A stretch of 64,000 nt of DNA. Origin: Lama guanicoe. Lineage: Eukaryota. This document shows, piece by piece, positions 1-11,490 of this stretch. Position numbers and translations under genes: made by a program. The notes under the pieces are model-generated. The model was not told where the DNA came from. It was given only the letters and a program-made list of their open reading frames with translations, and did not search any database. Where the stretch lies: contig MU054391.1 of assembly GCA_013239625.1 (NCBI GenBank), forward strand, positions 3,625,130 to 3,689,129. The letters are read 5' to 3'. The number at the start of each line of letters is the position of its first letter. Position 1 is the stretch's first letter.

Positions 1-521
1 TTCACTCAGCTCTCCCATCCCATCCCTGGTGTAGTTCAACGCACAGCTTGGCCTTCAATTCAGTGCTTTTTGATTATGGGAAAGATGTCTTTTTCTCAGT
101 TCTAACCCTGCTCAGATAATAAATGACGCCAAACCACAGACACCAGTAAATCCCTGATTAATGGAATTACACATCGCTTTCCATCCCGGCACTTGGAGAC
201 CAGTGGCAATATGCATAATGACATGCCACATGCTTCAAATATTATCGAGATGCCTGGCAAAGATTATTTATTGCCTATGGGAGGAATCCGTCAGTGGGAA
301 GGGACAGCATCCTGTCCGCGCTAGCTCCCACATTCCCTGGGAAATGATCTTGTGTGTGAGGAGTTGGAGCATGTATTTTCTCCTGGCTGGCCAGCTTCTT
401 GTCTGTTGTTACCTATCTTTTTTTTTTTTTTTTTTAGCTCATTAACCATAGAGTAACTCAAGGTCAATCAGACTTACTGGCCTTCATCATGTGGATGAAC
501 TGTTAAGGATTTTCCCTAAGC

Positions 522-690
522 ATGTACTGAGTCCAGATTCATTCTGAATGTCACATGACAGACCAATAAATCAGGGATGAGGTTTTGGGGAAGGAATAAC
601 GACTTTATTCAGAAAGCCAGCAGATCGAGGAGATGGGGGACTAATGTCCTGGAGAATCATCTTGCCCAAATCAGATTTCAGGCAGAAAAA
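522..690 (-). mobile_element. ERV1-class LTR fragment
   Basis: Begins tgtactgagtccag; has a reversed poly(A) signal (tttatt, 604-609) and gaaagccagcagatcgaggagatgg, resembling laurasiatherian ERV1 LTR 3' ends as I recall them. Confidence 0.45.
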
Positions 691-2595
691 CCATTAACTG
701 GCTTTCAAATGGTTGGAGAAGTGTGCTCTGACCTAGGGTGCTGGTAGACAGGGGAAGGGGAAGGAGTTCAGCCAAGCCCCAGCCGTGTGGAGACTGGTTG
801 AGGAGAGGACGACGGCAGAGAGAAGAATCTAGGATGACGGCCAGATGGTGGGCTGGGATGAAGCGCCCTGAGCACAGCAGTGCAGGACAGATGGGCAGGG
901 CTGGCTACGCAGGCGTGTGCGAGGCAAGGGGGCGCTTGAACTTGGAGCTGGCTGAGACCACGAGGGGCTGAACTGATGTGGAACCATCCGTGGGACTTCT
1001 AGCCTTTGCGCTTGCAGAGCAGACCAGTGTTCACTGCGCAGCAGTGGACTTCCGTCTGGCCAGTGTGTTACCAGCCTCGCCACACGATGTACACAAGCAC
1101 AGACCAAGGACAAACCAGCAGCACGCTTTGCAAAATTAACTGAGGATCATGAATTCAAAGGAACACATCAGCTCGTTCGCAGAATGGAGAAGCTTATTGA
1201 TACCTGTTTTGGGGTGAGATTAACCCCACTTTGGCAGGCGCTCTGTATTGTCCCACCTTATTAGCTCTTGGATTCCAAAGGAAATCCCACACCCAAAGTT
1301 CTAGCAGCCAATCCAGGGAGAAGGCAGATAAGTAAAGAGTAGGAAGTTCAGACTTATGAGGAGACCCTTGTAGACCTAGGATGAGCTGGGGGGAAACTCA
1401 GTGTGTTAGTTTCCAGGGAGAGAGGACTGAGCTAGTCCTCAGGGCAACTTTGAGCAAAAAGTGAAGATGCGTTTGGAGCACTGCGTTACCTAAGGCACCA
1501 GATAAGGGGTTCAGACATGGAGAGAGGGCACAGCGGGAAGTGAGCACACAGCCTACACCAGGAGCTTGCAGGGAAGCACTCGGAGCACTTGTAATCACAG
1601 CATTTGCAATAAGGCATGCTAAATGTCACATGCCGTGTGCTTTGGACTGTGGTTTCTGCCTCTTGTTTCTCTGTAAATCCAGCCCTTTCTGATTTTTAGT
1701 TTGTAGAGTTCTTCAAACTTCTGGGCAATCCAAAATGAAAGACAATTCTTTCTTACTTTTTAGCACTAATCTATTATTTTTAAAACACCACATTTTTGCT
1801 ATTTTGAAAGGTTTGGGGTGGGAGAGTGGGAGAGAGTTGGCCATGTGTATTGTCTCCCGTCTTGATCCAGTCTCCTACGTAATTGGATGGTCCTTGGGTT
1901 CTAATGTGTTAGTATACCTGGGGCCCCCTGGAGACAGGGCATTAACGCAAAGAAAGGTACTAATGGTGGTGATTTCTAATGCATTGGAGGTACATTGAGG
2001 CAAGTGAGCTGTGCCTCCCTCCCAAAATTTGACTCCCTACTAACATTAGGCTTTTTAGAAGATGTCATATGAGTCATGTAGACAATATGTGGGCATAATA
2101 GAAGTAACACAGCTTACTGAAAAGAAGACAAGTCTGCATGTTGGAATACCTGTGCTTTTAGTTTGTGTGTTTTTTTTCTGCCTGCTTTTGATTTTAGTTC
2201 TACAACTTTTCTAGCTCTGAAGATTTTAGACGTCAGTGTGTAAAATGCCTAACAATTTTTAAAATGTCAATGTGTATGTCTTTGATTATGTTTTTAGCAG
2301 CTGATTATATCTCATAAATTCAACTACACCAAACTTTTCTTTTTTTTTTTTAATCTTAGGGTAAGGATAAGAGTGGTTAATGAAAGTGATACTAATGTTT
2401 ACCCTAATTATGATCTTAACCAGTAACACTTGTATTTCCTAAAAATCATATGATTAACGGCTTCCTATATTCACAGAAGAAGAAGACGGGGCTCTCTCAA
2501 TGCGAGAGCTTCCATGATGAGTTCCTAGATGTGGTCTCAGTTAGCAAACTTGCCAGAATTCAAAACCTGCAGTTGGACAACATCATGGTCTGGTT

Positions 2596-2624
2596 ACACA
2601 CACACATACACACACACACACACA
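2596..2624. repeat. (CA)n microsatellite
   Basis: Directly visible CA run with one TA interruption. Confidence 0.95.
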
Positions 2625-5600
2625 GAACCTTCAGGGCTCCTTGGAAAAGTAAACCACATTTCAAAACCAAAGCTGGAAAATAAATGCCGACCTGCTGTTT
2701 TTCAAGACCTGATGATAAAGCAGCAAAGATAAAAATAAAGGAAGAAAGAAAGAAAAAGAGAAAGCTTTCTCTGCCTCTATAAAGGCAACATGCTGGAAGG
2801 CTAATCTGAATTTCAAAGGTCACCACTCACCATTAATTAACCACAAGGCTCTAGGCCGAGGCCAGAACAGTAGGGCAGGAAGAAAGAACATGAGTTGAGG
2901 TAAAATGCTCCCTGTGTATGGCAACGAATAAGGGATAGTTGTCCAGCCAACCAAGTTACAAGTCACTAAAATTCTCCCCGGGGAGAATGATGCCCGTGGG
3001 GAAGGTGCGGGGGGACCCAGTGGCCCAGAGCTGCGTCGTCAACCCCCACGGGTCCTGCTCGCACTGGAGCTGCTGAGTCTGATTCATCAGCTCACCCACG
3101 TTTGGCTTTATGTTTTCTACTGTTTCTTCAAAGTCCAGGCTCCAGACAATCCCTGGCTTTGCTTTCACTCCACCCAGACTGGAACATCACCCACCTTGAC
3201 GGTCCTCATACATGTTACTGGGAGTCCAGCCCTGTGTGGCCGTCGCTGCCCGTGGTTGCTGAGTATGTTTCAGGGTGTGTGAGATTGAAAGCTGCAAGAA
3301 GGAAGAAGGCAGGGGAGGATGGGGTGGGAGGTGAGAAGCCAAACCTGGAGGAGAACATGCCAGTGAGGAAAGGAGTCAGAAGAAGGTTCGGCCGACCACG
3401 TGCCAGGCACGAGGCTAGAGCTCCGTCTGTAGCAGCCACCTCGCCACTTGGTCCTCAGAACCAGGCCTATTTTGCAGATAAGGAAAATGAGGTTTAAAGA
3501 GATTGGCTAGCCTCAGGGCACACGGCTAGAGAGTGGGGAGCCAGGTGGGAGGCCACGGGTGCCTCTGGCTTCAAGTCCAACGGCATTTCTAGAACTGGGA
3601 GCCAACTTAGCAGACATAGTTAAGCCGTCAGTGGTTTGCAGTGTTAAGAAACGTCTCTATCCAGCCCACCGACCCCAGCGGGAAAGGCTCCCGCACACCC
3701 GCAATTATGATTTCAGATCCACGCTGCTTCAGCTGCAGTAGCTAATTGGATCAAGACAGGGATCCTGACACAAACCATAGTTCAAGCCAGCTAATTAGAT
3801 TAAGATCAACATGAAATCTTCTTTAGACAAAGGAGCCATTGGACATTTCTGGCAGAGCTATCTGCGAGTTGAGTCAATAGATAAGAGGAAAAACACATGT
3901 TACAGAGGGTCCGTGTGCCTGCATCCTTCCTCTGCTCCCTAATGAAGTGAGCGAGGGAAGCTCTCAGGAAACAGAAGTGAATTAAGTAATCAGGGGAAGC
4001 TGGGAGCGGCCGCGAATGCCCGCAGTCAGAAGTCAGAGGGCGAGGGGTCTGGCTATGCAGCCTCTGACCGCGGTTTCCTCATATCTAAAGGGGGGCTGAA
4101 AACCGAGATGATTCCTAAATCTTTCCTTGAGAATTAGAAGCGCGTTGTGGTCGGCTTTCATACACACTCTATTTTTGATCCCCAGAACAGCCCTTTAAAG
4201 GGGGCTCATCATTACTACCTTCACTTATGGAGCAAGGAGACGAGGGCTGGGGCTTTTCAGTGAATTTGCCCAACAGAACCAGCTGACGTGGAGGGACAGA
4301 GCAAGGACGGCTCCACCTCCCTACACTCGAGCACAGGTCCTCGGGATGACGGCACAGTGACAAGCCAGTGACAGACCCCAGTCCTGCATCCACGTAATGC
4401 CTCCGTGTCCAAAGGTCCAAAGTTTTGAATCAGTGGTTTTTAGACTTTTCAGATCATAGGTGGCTTTGAAATCCCAGTGAAATCTGGGGACCTGATGCCT
4501 GGTGCGAGTGGGGAGGGTCTCACCCACACAACACGTGACATCCCGGCGCCACGGCTCCCCGTGAGCCTGTGGTGTGGCGTCTGCCCTGGGGCTGGGCGCC
4601 CTGCAGGGGCTCAGCTCTAAGGCCCGTCTCACACAAACATCTCAGGAGCCTACCGGGTCGTTTTCTCCTAAGGGAAAAGTTCTTGTATCTTATTTGACTC
4701 TCTGCTCTTAGGAAAACTGATGATTAAATAAAAAGAAATCATGCAAAACTGAAGTAGTTAAAATATGCACCATGGACACCCAGGATCCGGTCCAAAGCCT
4801 GCTTCTGAAGCAAGCAGGATGCCTGGTGAGGACGCGACTGGAAGCTGTCTAAAACAGAGAATCGAGGTGGTACAGCAGGGGTGCTATGATCAGATCCGTC
4901 CCACCAGATCACCCCGGCACCCTCGGCTGGACCTCGGGTTGTCCTCCCCAGTGGCCTGGTACAGTACATCGCGCACGTGTTTTGCAAGATCACATTTTTA
5001 AGCAAGATAGGTGCAAGCCAGATGGTTTGCCGCCAAGCCCTTGCTAAGTAGGTGCTCTTTGCATTTCCAGTTAACCCGCAGGGATCCGTGACGCCTTGAG
5101 GATAATTATAATGCAAATTCCACATCAGCTATTCTTATGGATAAATTCTTAAGCAGAAACGTTACACAACGGTCAGCCTATACCACAGAATGCGACCCTT
5201 AAAATACATAGAAGTTACCTTTTAACTTTTGATGTATTTTAAGTTTTCTGAAGCTAATTCTTAAATGCAAGTTCACGACATCTTTACACTTTTCCTACTA
5301 ACTTCTGCTTCTAAATTCTAATGTGTCCCCTAGAGGGTTAAACCTTCACAGATTGTGACCCACAACCAAATAAGGAGGGAACTCTTAAATTGTGCCGAAT
5401 ATAAGGCAAAATAAACTTTATAGTTAGAGATGGGAGATAACCACAGGGAATATTTCGCAAGGCATTTTAACCCTTCAGACGGAGGCTCATCTGCACGAAA
5501 CGGCCGTCTCTGTGGTGCACAAGCACTGAGTGCAGCTGAGAGGCCAGAACGGAGGGCACCACCGGAGGCTCTCACGCCTCCCACCACCGTTTCAGTCAGT

Positions 5601-6693
5601 TCCCAGCCTCAGCGGGCGAGTCCGCATTTCCACGATGAGTACATCTCAACACAGGTTCCAGTTCCTCTCTTAATTCCTAAGTGAGACTCTGAACCCCTTT
5701 AGAGGCAGACATCGCTCAGACTGCCCCTTCTATCAGGCTTTCCATTCTGAGCTTGGGGAACCCCTGGGTGACACCCCTGAGAAGACAAAGTCTGCGACCA
5801 CGTCTGAGACCAGGTGAGGGTGAGATGCGGGCGACGGTCTGGTGGCGCTGGAGTCTCCCTTGTCTCTTGGCTGCTGCCCACTGCAGTGAGTTAATAGTTC
5901 CCCTTTGTTGCACAGTCCAAGAGCTTCTCCAGGTGCAGTGTCATGGGGCGAGGAGGGGAGTCTCCGGAGAGCGGGAGCGCCTGCACGAGGGGTCTCACAT
6001 GGGTGCTCCCCTCGACCTCCACCGGTGGCCACCACCGCCCCCACACCACTAATGAGAAGAGGGAGGCTTGGAGAAGCTAAATAGGGTTCCCGGGCCACAG
6101 GGCGCAGGCAGTGGAACTGGGATGAGACGCAGTTGCCTCTGATGTCACCGCCCCGAGGTTCCCCGTCCCCTCACCTCACACCCACTCAGCCAGCAGCACC
6201 TGCGGCAGCATCACCTTGGCTTCATCAACTCTGAGCAGCTGGACCCATGTGGGGCACGGCGCTTGGGTCTGAGACTCGCTTGATGGTCTGTGGTACTTTA
6301 CTGCACACTAAATGCATAAAACTGCTTTCCCCCCTTATTTTTGGAGTTGAGATGGTTTCTGTGCTGATACCAGAGAGCGCTGCCGACTGTTAATGAGCTG
6401 CTGCTCAGGTAGCTTGACCTGAACAGGAAAAAACAGCGCGGATAACACAGAGAGATCCCTGCCCTAGGGTGCGACCGTGTGAGTGCCCAGCAGCAAACCC
6501 GCTCCAAGTCCACGCTGGCGGGTCTAACTCTTCCACTTAGTCGAATATCCTAACTTGCATGTAATAAATGCTCATTATGTTACTGCGTGCCAGACAGACG
6601 GCAGATGTATATATTATAGCAATCTGAATTTACCCTATATTAATTTAATTCACTGCATGTAAGCCCCTCAACTTCACGATAGAAAAGCAGCTG

Positions 6694-7002
6694 TACTTAA
6701 CAGAAACAGGTTCACGAATGCAGAAAGTAAACCTGAGGTTACTGGGGGGGGAGGGGGAGAAGAGGGGCGGGGGAGGGGCGGGGAGGGATAAACTGGGAGC
6801 TGGGGACTAGAAGACACTAACCACTGTATACAAAACAGATAAACAGCCAGGTCCTACTGTGCAGCACAGGGGACTGTATTCAACACCTTGTCATGGCCTA
6901 TAATGGAGAAGAACATGGAAGGAACATATACGAATAACTGCGTCACAAGGCCGTGCACCAGAAACTAACGCAACATTGTAAAACGACCCTGCTTCAGTTA
7001 AA
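6694..7002 (+). mobile_element. LINE-1 3' UTR fragment with 13-bp TSD
   Basis: G-rich tract then gggataaactgggag...gcagcacagggg...caacattgtaaa, homologous to the L1 3' UTR at 56700-56990; TSD agaaaagcagctg at 6681-6693 and 7003-7015. Confidence 0.9.
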
Positions 7003-7380
7003 AGAAAAGCAGCTGAACAACCTGGCTGGTTCTGTAAAGGGACCTTTCAGACAGTCTGAGGCCGCCGTTTAAAGAGGGGCGGGAGGGGCGGGGAGGGATA
7101 AACTGGGAGCTGGGGACTAGAAGACACTAACCACTGTATACAAAACAGATAAACAGCCAGGTCCTACTGTGCAGCACAGGGGACTGTATTCAACACCTTG
7201 TCATGGCCTATAATGGAGAAGAACATGGAAGGAACATATACGAATAACTGCGTCACAAGGCCGTGCACCAGAAACTAACGCAACATTGTAAAACGACCCT
7301 GCTTCAGTTAAAAGAAAAGCAGCTGAACAACCTGGCTGGTTCTGTAAAGGGACCTTTCAGACAGTCTGAGGCCGCCGTTT
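6771..7380 (+). repeat. Perfect tandem duplication, 300-bp identical units, 310-bp period
   Basis: 6771-7070 is identical to 7081-7380 by block-by-block reading; 10-bp junction aaagaggggc. Confidence 0.97.
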
Positions 7381-7399
7381 CCCCCTTGTCTTTTTCACG

Positions 7400-8100
7400 C
7401 CCGTCCTCTGCGCATGATTATTAATTCAGTGTCCTACCGCCAGAAATCAACTGTTTCACGCTGAAGTCACCGATTAAGCTTGATTGCGTCATCGGTGCTG
7501 GGGAGAGAAAGGGCCTTGGCTACCTCGTCTGTCATAAAACCCTCGCCTGCAAGCCGTTTGGTGGCGATGTCCCCTCCAACACGGAGATGAGCGGGAGGTT
7601 TAAAGCGCATGACGTGGATCCGTCCTGGAGGCTAATCGCCCGCAGGGCGGGGAGAGGAGCCCGGCCTGCGGGTGTGATCAGCCCTGTGTTACCGCTCCCA
7701 TCTGCGTCTCATCCGCGCTATCATTAGGAAGATTAAAAACCTGCGTCTACAAATAGTCCTGAAGTTTTTTGCCTTTCATTAGTGACTTATTATTATTATT
7801 ACTCAAGACCTCCCTTTCTTCAGCAAAGACAATGATTTTTAAGCCCGCGTCAGGGCGCAATCTACAGAGAATTCATCAGGACGAAGGAAATATTAAATGC
7901 TATTTCCAACCACCGCACGCTATTGTCAGGGGCCATCTTTGATAATAATGGCCTTAATTTATAGAAATATAAATAATACAACAGTGACACCGAGAATCTA
8001 TGATCATATAAATCTGTCACAGATCAGTACAAATGAACATAGTTAAATGAAACTGAACTATAAATATATCCATGCATCAGCTTATGATGGAAAAAAGTTT
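7400..8100. promoter_or_regulatory. Candidate conserved enhancer-like element
   Basis: Non-repetitive; CpG-retaining left half; TAAT/ATTA-rich right half with CTTTGAT (7937-7943), ACAATG (7829-7834) and TGACA/TGTCA (7924, 7985, 8015). Confidence 0.4.
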
Positions 8101-9089
8101 ACCAAAAAGAAAAAAAAAGCAAAAAAAAAGCAAGAACCTCAATTGCAATAAAAATGAAAGCATCTTTAGTCAACAGAGGACTTTCGCCTTCAAGTACGAG
8201 CCATTTTTGCATTTTATTCTTCTGAAATCTTAAGATGCATTGAAAGTGCTTTTTTTTTTTAAAGGAAACAGATATTTTACATTTTACAGCCTCAAACAGT
8301 TCCCACACATGATACCACATGCCCCCTTTTATAACTTAAGTGGCAATAATACCTTATATTAGATTTTGTGCTGCTCATTGGAATAACTAGATTCACTGTT
8401 TTATGAATAACCTAGTGCAGTAGCGTTGCTGGCTTGGGTGAGTAATGCTATTTTTTTTTCCCTTTTGAAAAATACATGCACTTGCTGTTTGAAATTAATG
8501 AAATCTGTTTCCAGGAATGTTCTCTTTTCTGTGAGAGAAGTCATCTGCCTACAGCAACTGAACAAAGACATCTTCGTAATTCTTTTTTTTTTTTTTTTAG
8601 ATTTCATTTCATCGATTACTCCAGGAAAGTGCCTAAATGGCTTTATACAGTTGGCAAGAGAGCACGTATATAGAACTTTAATGCAGAAGATAAGTTGAAT
8701 TTGTCCCTTCCACTATTCGTATCAAACACGGCTTATTAGAAACTCCTCTCATCGAAACAAACAGACTCAAGAACAAAATAAAATATGCAGAAAGCTGATT
8801 GCTGCCACAGGAACACACCATCTTCTTTTCGCTATGGAATATACCCTCCTACCATGAGCTGGAAGAAGAACGTTAAACCCTACCAAGGTTTAAATATCGC
8901 CTTGCAGATTTGGAATGTTGACAAAACCAGAACTTCATTATTTATAGTCTTGTACTTCCATCATGGGTGTCAAATAAAGATGTATGAGTGTCGCTCCACA
9001 TGGGTTTAAGGTGGAAGAGCCAGGCTTTGGAGAACCCCCTTCAGCCTCTATCCCCTAACCCCGCCGTCTCCACAGACTCCTGTAATGTG

Positions 9090-9580
9090 CATGGTCAGCA
9101 GATTCACTGCCCAAAGACGCCCACGTCCTAATTCTCAGAACCTGCAAACGTGCTGTGAGAGGGGGCCGAGCAGAAGGGTGGTGGCAGGTGGACCCCAGGG
9201 TGCTCATCAGCTGACCTGAAAACGGGGAGATTCATCCTGAATTACCCAAATGAGCCAGGTGTCATCACAAAGGTTCTTCAAAGGGGAGGAGGGAGGCAAA
9301 GAGAGGAACTCGAGGGAAATGAGACCACTGAAGAGGCAAGCAAGATCGACCTTGGTGGCTTTGAAGATGTCCCACCAGACAAGGAACTCGGGATGCCACT
9401 AGCAGCTGGAAAAGGCGAGGAAAGCATTCACCTCCAGCCGGAGAGGAACATTGTCCCGCCGACCCACTGGTCTCAGCGCAGGGAGACGTGCTGTGTTTCT
9501 ACCCTACGGATTTAAAGGAACAAGTCTGCGTTGTTGAGCTGCTGGCCGTGGTAACGTGTTACAGCAGCAATGGCACACAT
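9090..9580 (+). mobile_element. MaLR LTR (MLT1D-like)
   Basis: cccaaagacgcccacgtcctaattctcagaacctg, atcagctgacctgaaaacggggagatt, gctggaaaaggcgaggaa and gttacagcagcaat, typical MLT1 blocks in order. Confidence 0.8.
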
Positions 9581-10329
9581 CCGTGCATGTGTGTCACAAG
9601 CAGAGAAACACCCACTCACACTTCATCCCCTGAAAAACTTCATTTAGTCGAAACTTGGGACCGTGTGTGCTGACTTTGAGCTTCATACATATTTGAATTT
9701 GAGCCAGCTGATTGCTAAAGAATTAGAATGAACAGAGAGAGTGATGACACTTTTCCAAAGTGTTCTTCCTCTTTTTCAAAGACTTGCGGATTCCTGGCCT
9801 CATTAGGAAGTGCTGGTAGCAGCACACTCTGATCCTCATGTTCTCCTTGGTGCCATGCCCTGTCCAGTGATACGAGGACCGCCGTGACAGTCCCCGGGGC
9901 ACAAGTCCCCAGCCTACAGCCCAGGCTCTGTTCTGCCTCTAATGACAGACACAAGCACAGAGCTGAATAATTCATCTCTGTCCTAACTGGGCATTTCCCA
10001 AAATTTACACAGAACCTCCCGCCTGGGCTTCTCAGCGCTCCAGGCAGGCTGGATGCATGTGTAATTTGGCTCATAAATCAACCTCTTTGGTCCCATCATC
10101 CCGTGTTCTTCTCTATGCCCCCTCCAATCTGTCAGTGGATCCTGCGGGATGAAGGCACCCCCTCTAGATGCTGTCACAGCAGCAGTGTGAACGGAGGAAA
10201 CGAACTGAAGACACAACTTCTCATTTTAATGAAGAAATGACAGCTCTGCGTGTGTGTGTGCATGTGTGTGTGCTGCGCAGGCGCTCAGAGATCACCCAGC
10301 TCTACAACTTTATCCCCTCCCCTCGCTCG

Positions 10330-11490
10330 CTCATCCGCCCGTGCGCGTGAAAGCCAGCCTGGTGGCAGGCAGGGCTCCAAGGCACGCAGTGAATAAGACA
10401 GACATGGATTCTGGGTGAACAGATCTGGCACTTATGTGGGAGAACAAGTAGTTAACTGATACAAAAATAAAGCAAGAAGATCATTTCTCATGTTGACAAG
10501 TGAAATAAAGAAACGGAAGCGTAACAGTTCTGCAGGAGAGACCGCATTCGCTCACCCGGGAAGTGGGGGCGGGCGCATAGGTCAAGGGCGCCCTCTTGGC
10601 AATGGACATGTCAGGTCTGAGAACTGGAAGAAAACGCAGATGCAGACCTTCTCGGGCCAGGAGCACATCCTCTAAAGGCCTGGGATGCTAACAAGCTTGG
10701 CCCACAGAGGGGTCCTGGAGTCTGATCAGGAGACTAGGAGGGAGACGGAGAGTGGCCAAGGAGGCAGACTGTCCACAGACCACAGTGGAGCATTTTGTTT
10801 TCAGTCTAATTACAAGGAAGCCTCTGGAGGGCTTGGATCAAAGTGGTGTCGCATGGTTCTTTGAATTTGAAAAGCGATTATTTTATCTTATACGTCCAGG
10901 AAAATGGGGTCCAGACAGTCGGGACTGAGAAAGAGTGGAAACAAAATAAAAATAGGGACACCAGTTACCCCGGCACTGCAGCCACCAAGCAGGAGACGAT
11001 GGTGGCTTTGACAAGGATGCTGGTAGCAGGGGTCGTGGAGGTACATTTTGAATGTGGGATTCATCTTGATGGTGAAACTTGCAGAACTTGGCTCTGGGCT
11101 GGAGATAATGGTGACAAAAGAGAAATTCTAAGGTAACTAACTGTCAGGTTTGGGGGGTTGGGGGGATAGGCTGCATGGTGACCTTGGAGACTCCAGGGGC
11201 AGTCAAGGGATCAAGAAGGCAGCTGGAGACGGGAGCCTGGAGTTCAAAGTGGGAAGAGACACGAAGTGTCAGCACTGCAGCCCATTAAAGTTTCAGTCTC
11301 GCATGGGATCGCCGAAAAGAAAGGATGGGAGGAGGCTCCAGGGCCGAGATGAGGGACTCCGCCCCTCAGGAAGGAGGGAAAGAGGAGGAAAGAGCAAAGG
11401 AGATGGAGAGGAGCTTCCAAGGAAGGAAAAGGACCCTCTGGACGGCACTGGACTGGGAGAGAAGGGGGAGAAGACATGGTGTCATCACAG
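10330..11490 (-). mobile_element. Decayed LINE-2
   Basis: Purine-rich tract with L2-antisense hallmarks (gaataagacagacatgg, gatggtggctttgacaagg, aggcagctggagacgggagcctggagttca). Confidence 0.6.

Noticed and set aside
2350..2460. Short inverted repeats (ttagggtaa/ttaccctaa; aatcatatgatt) and a 77-aa ORF starting at 2450
   Set aside because: Stems too short for a miRNA or MITE call; the ORF runs through a CA repeat
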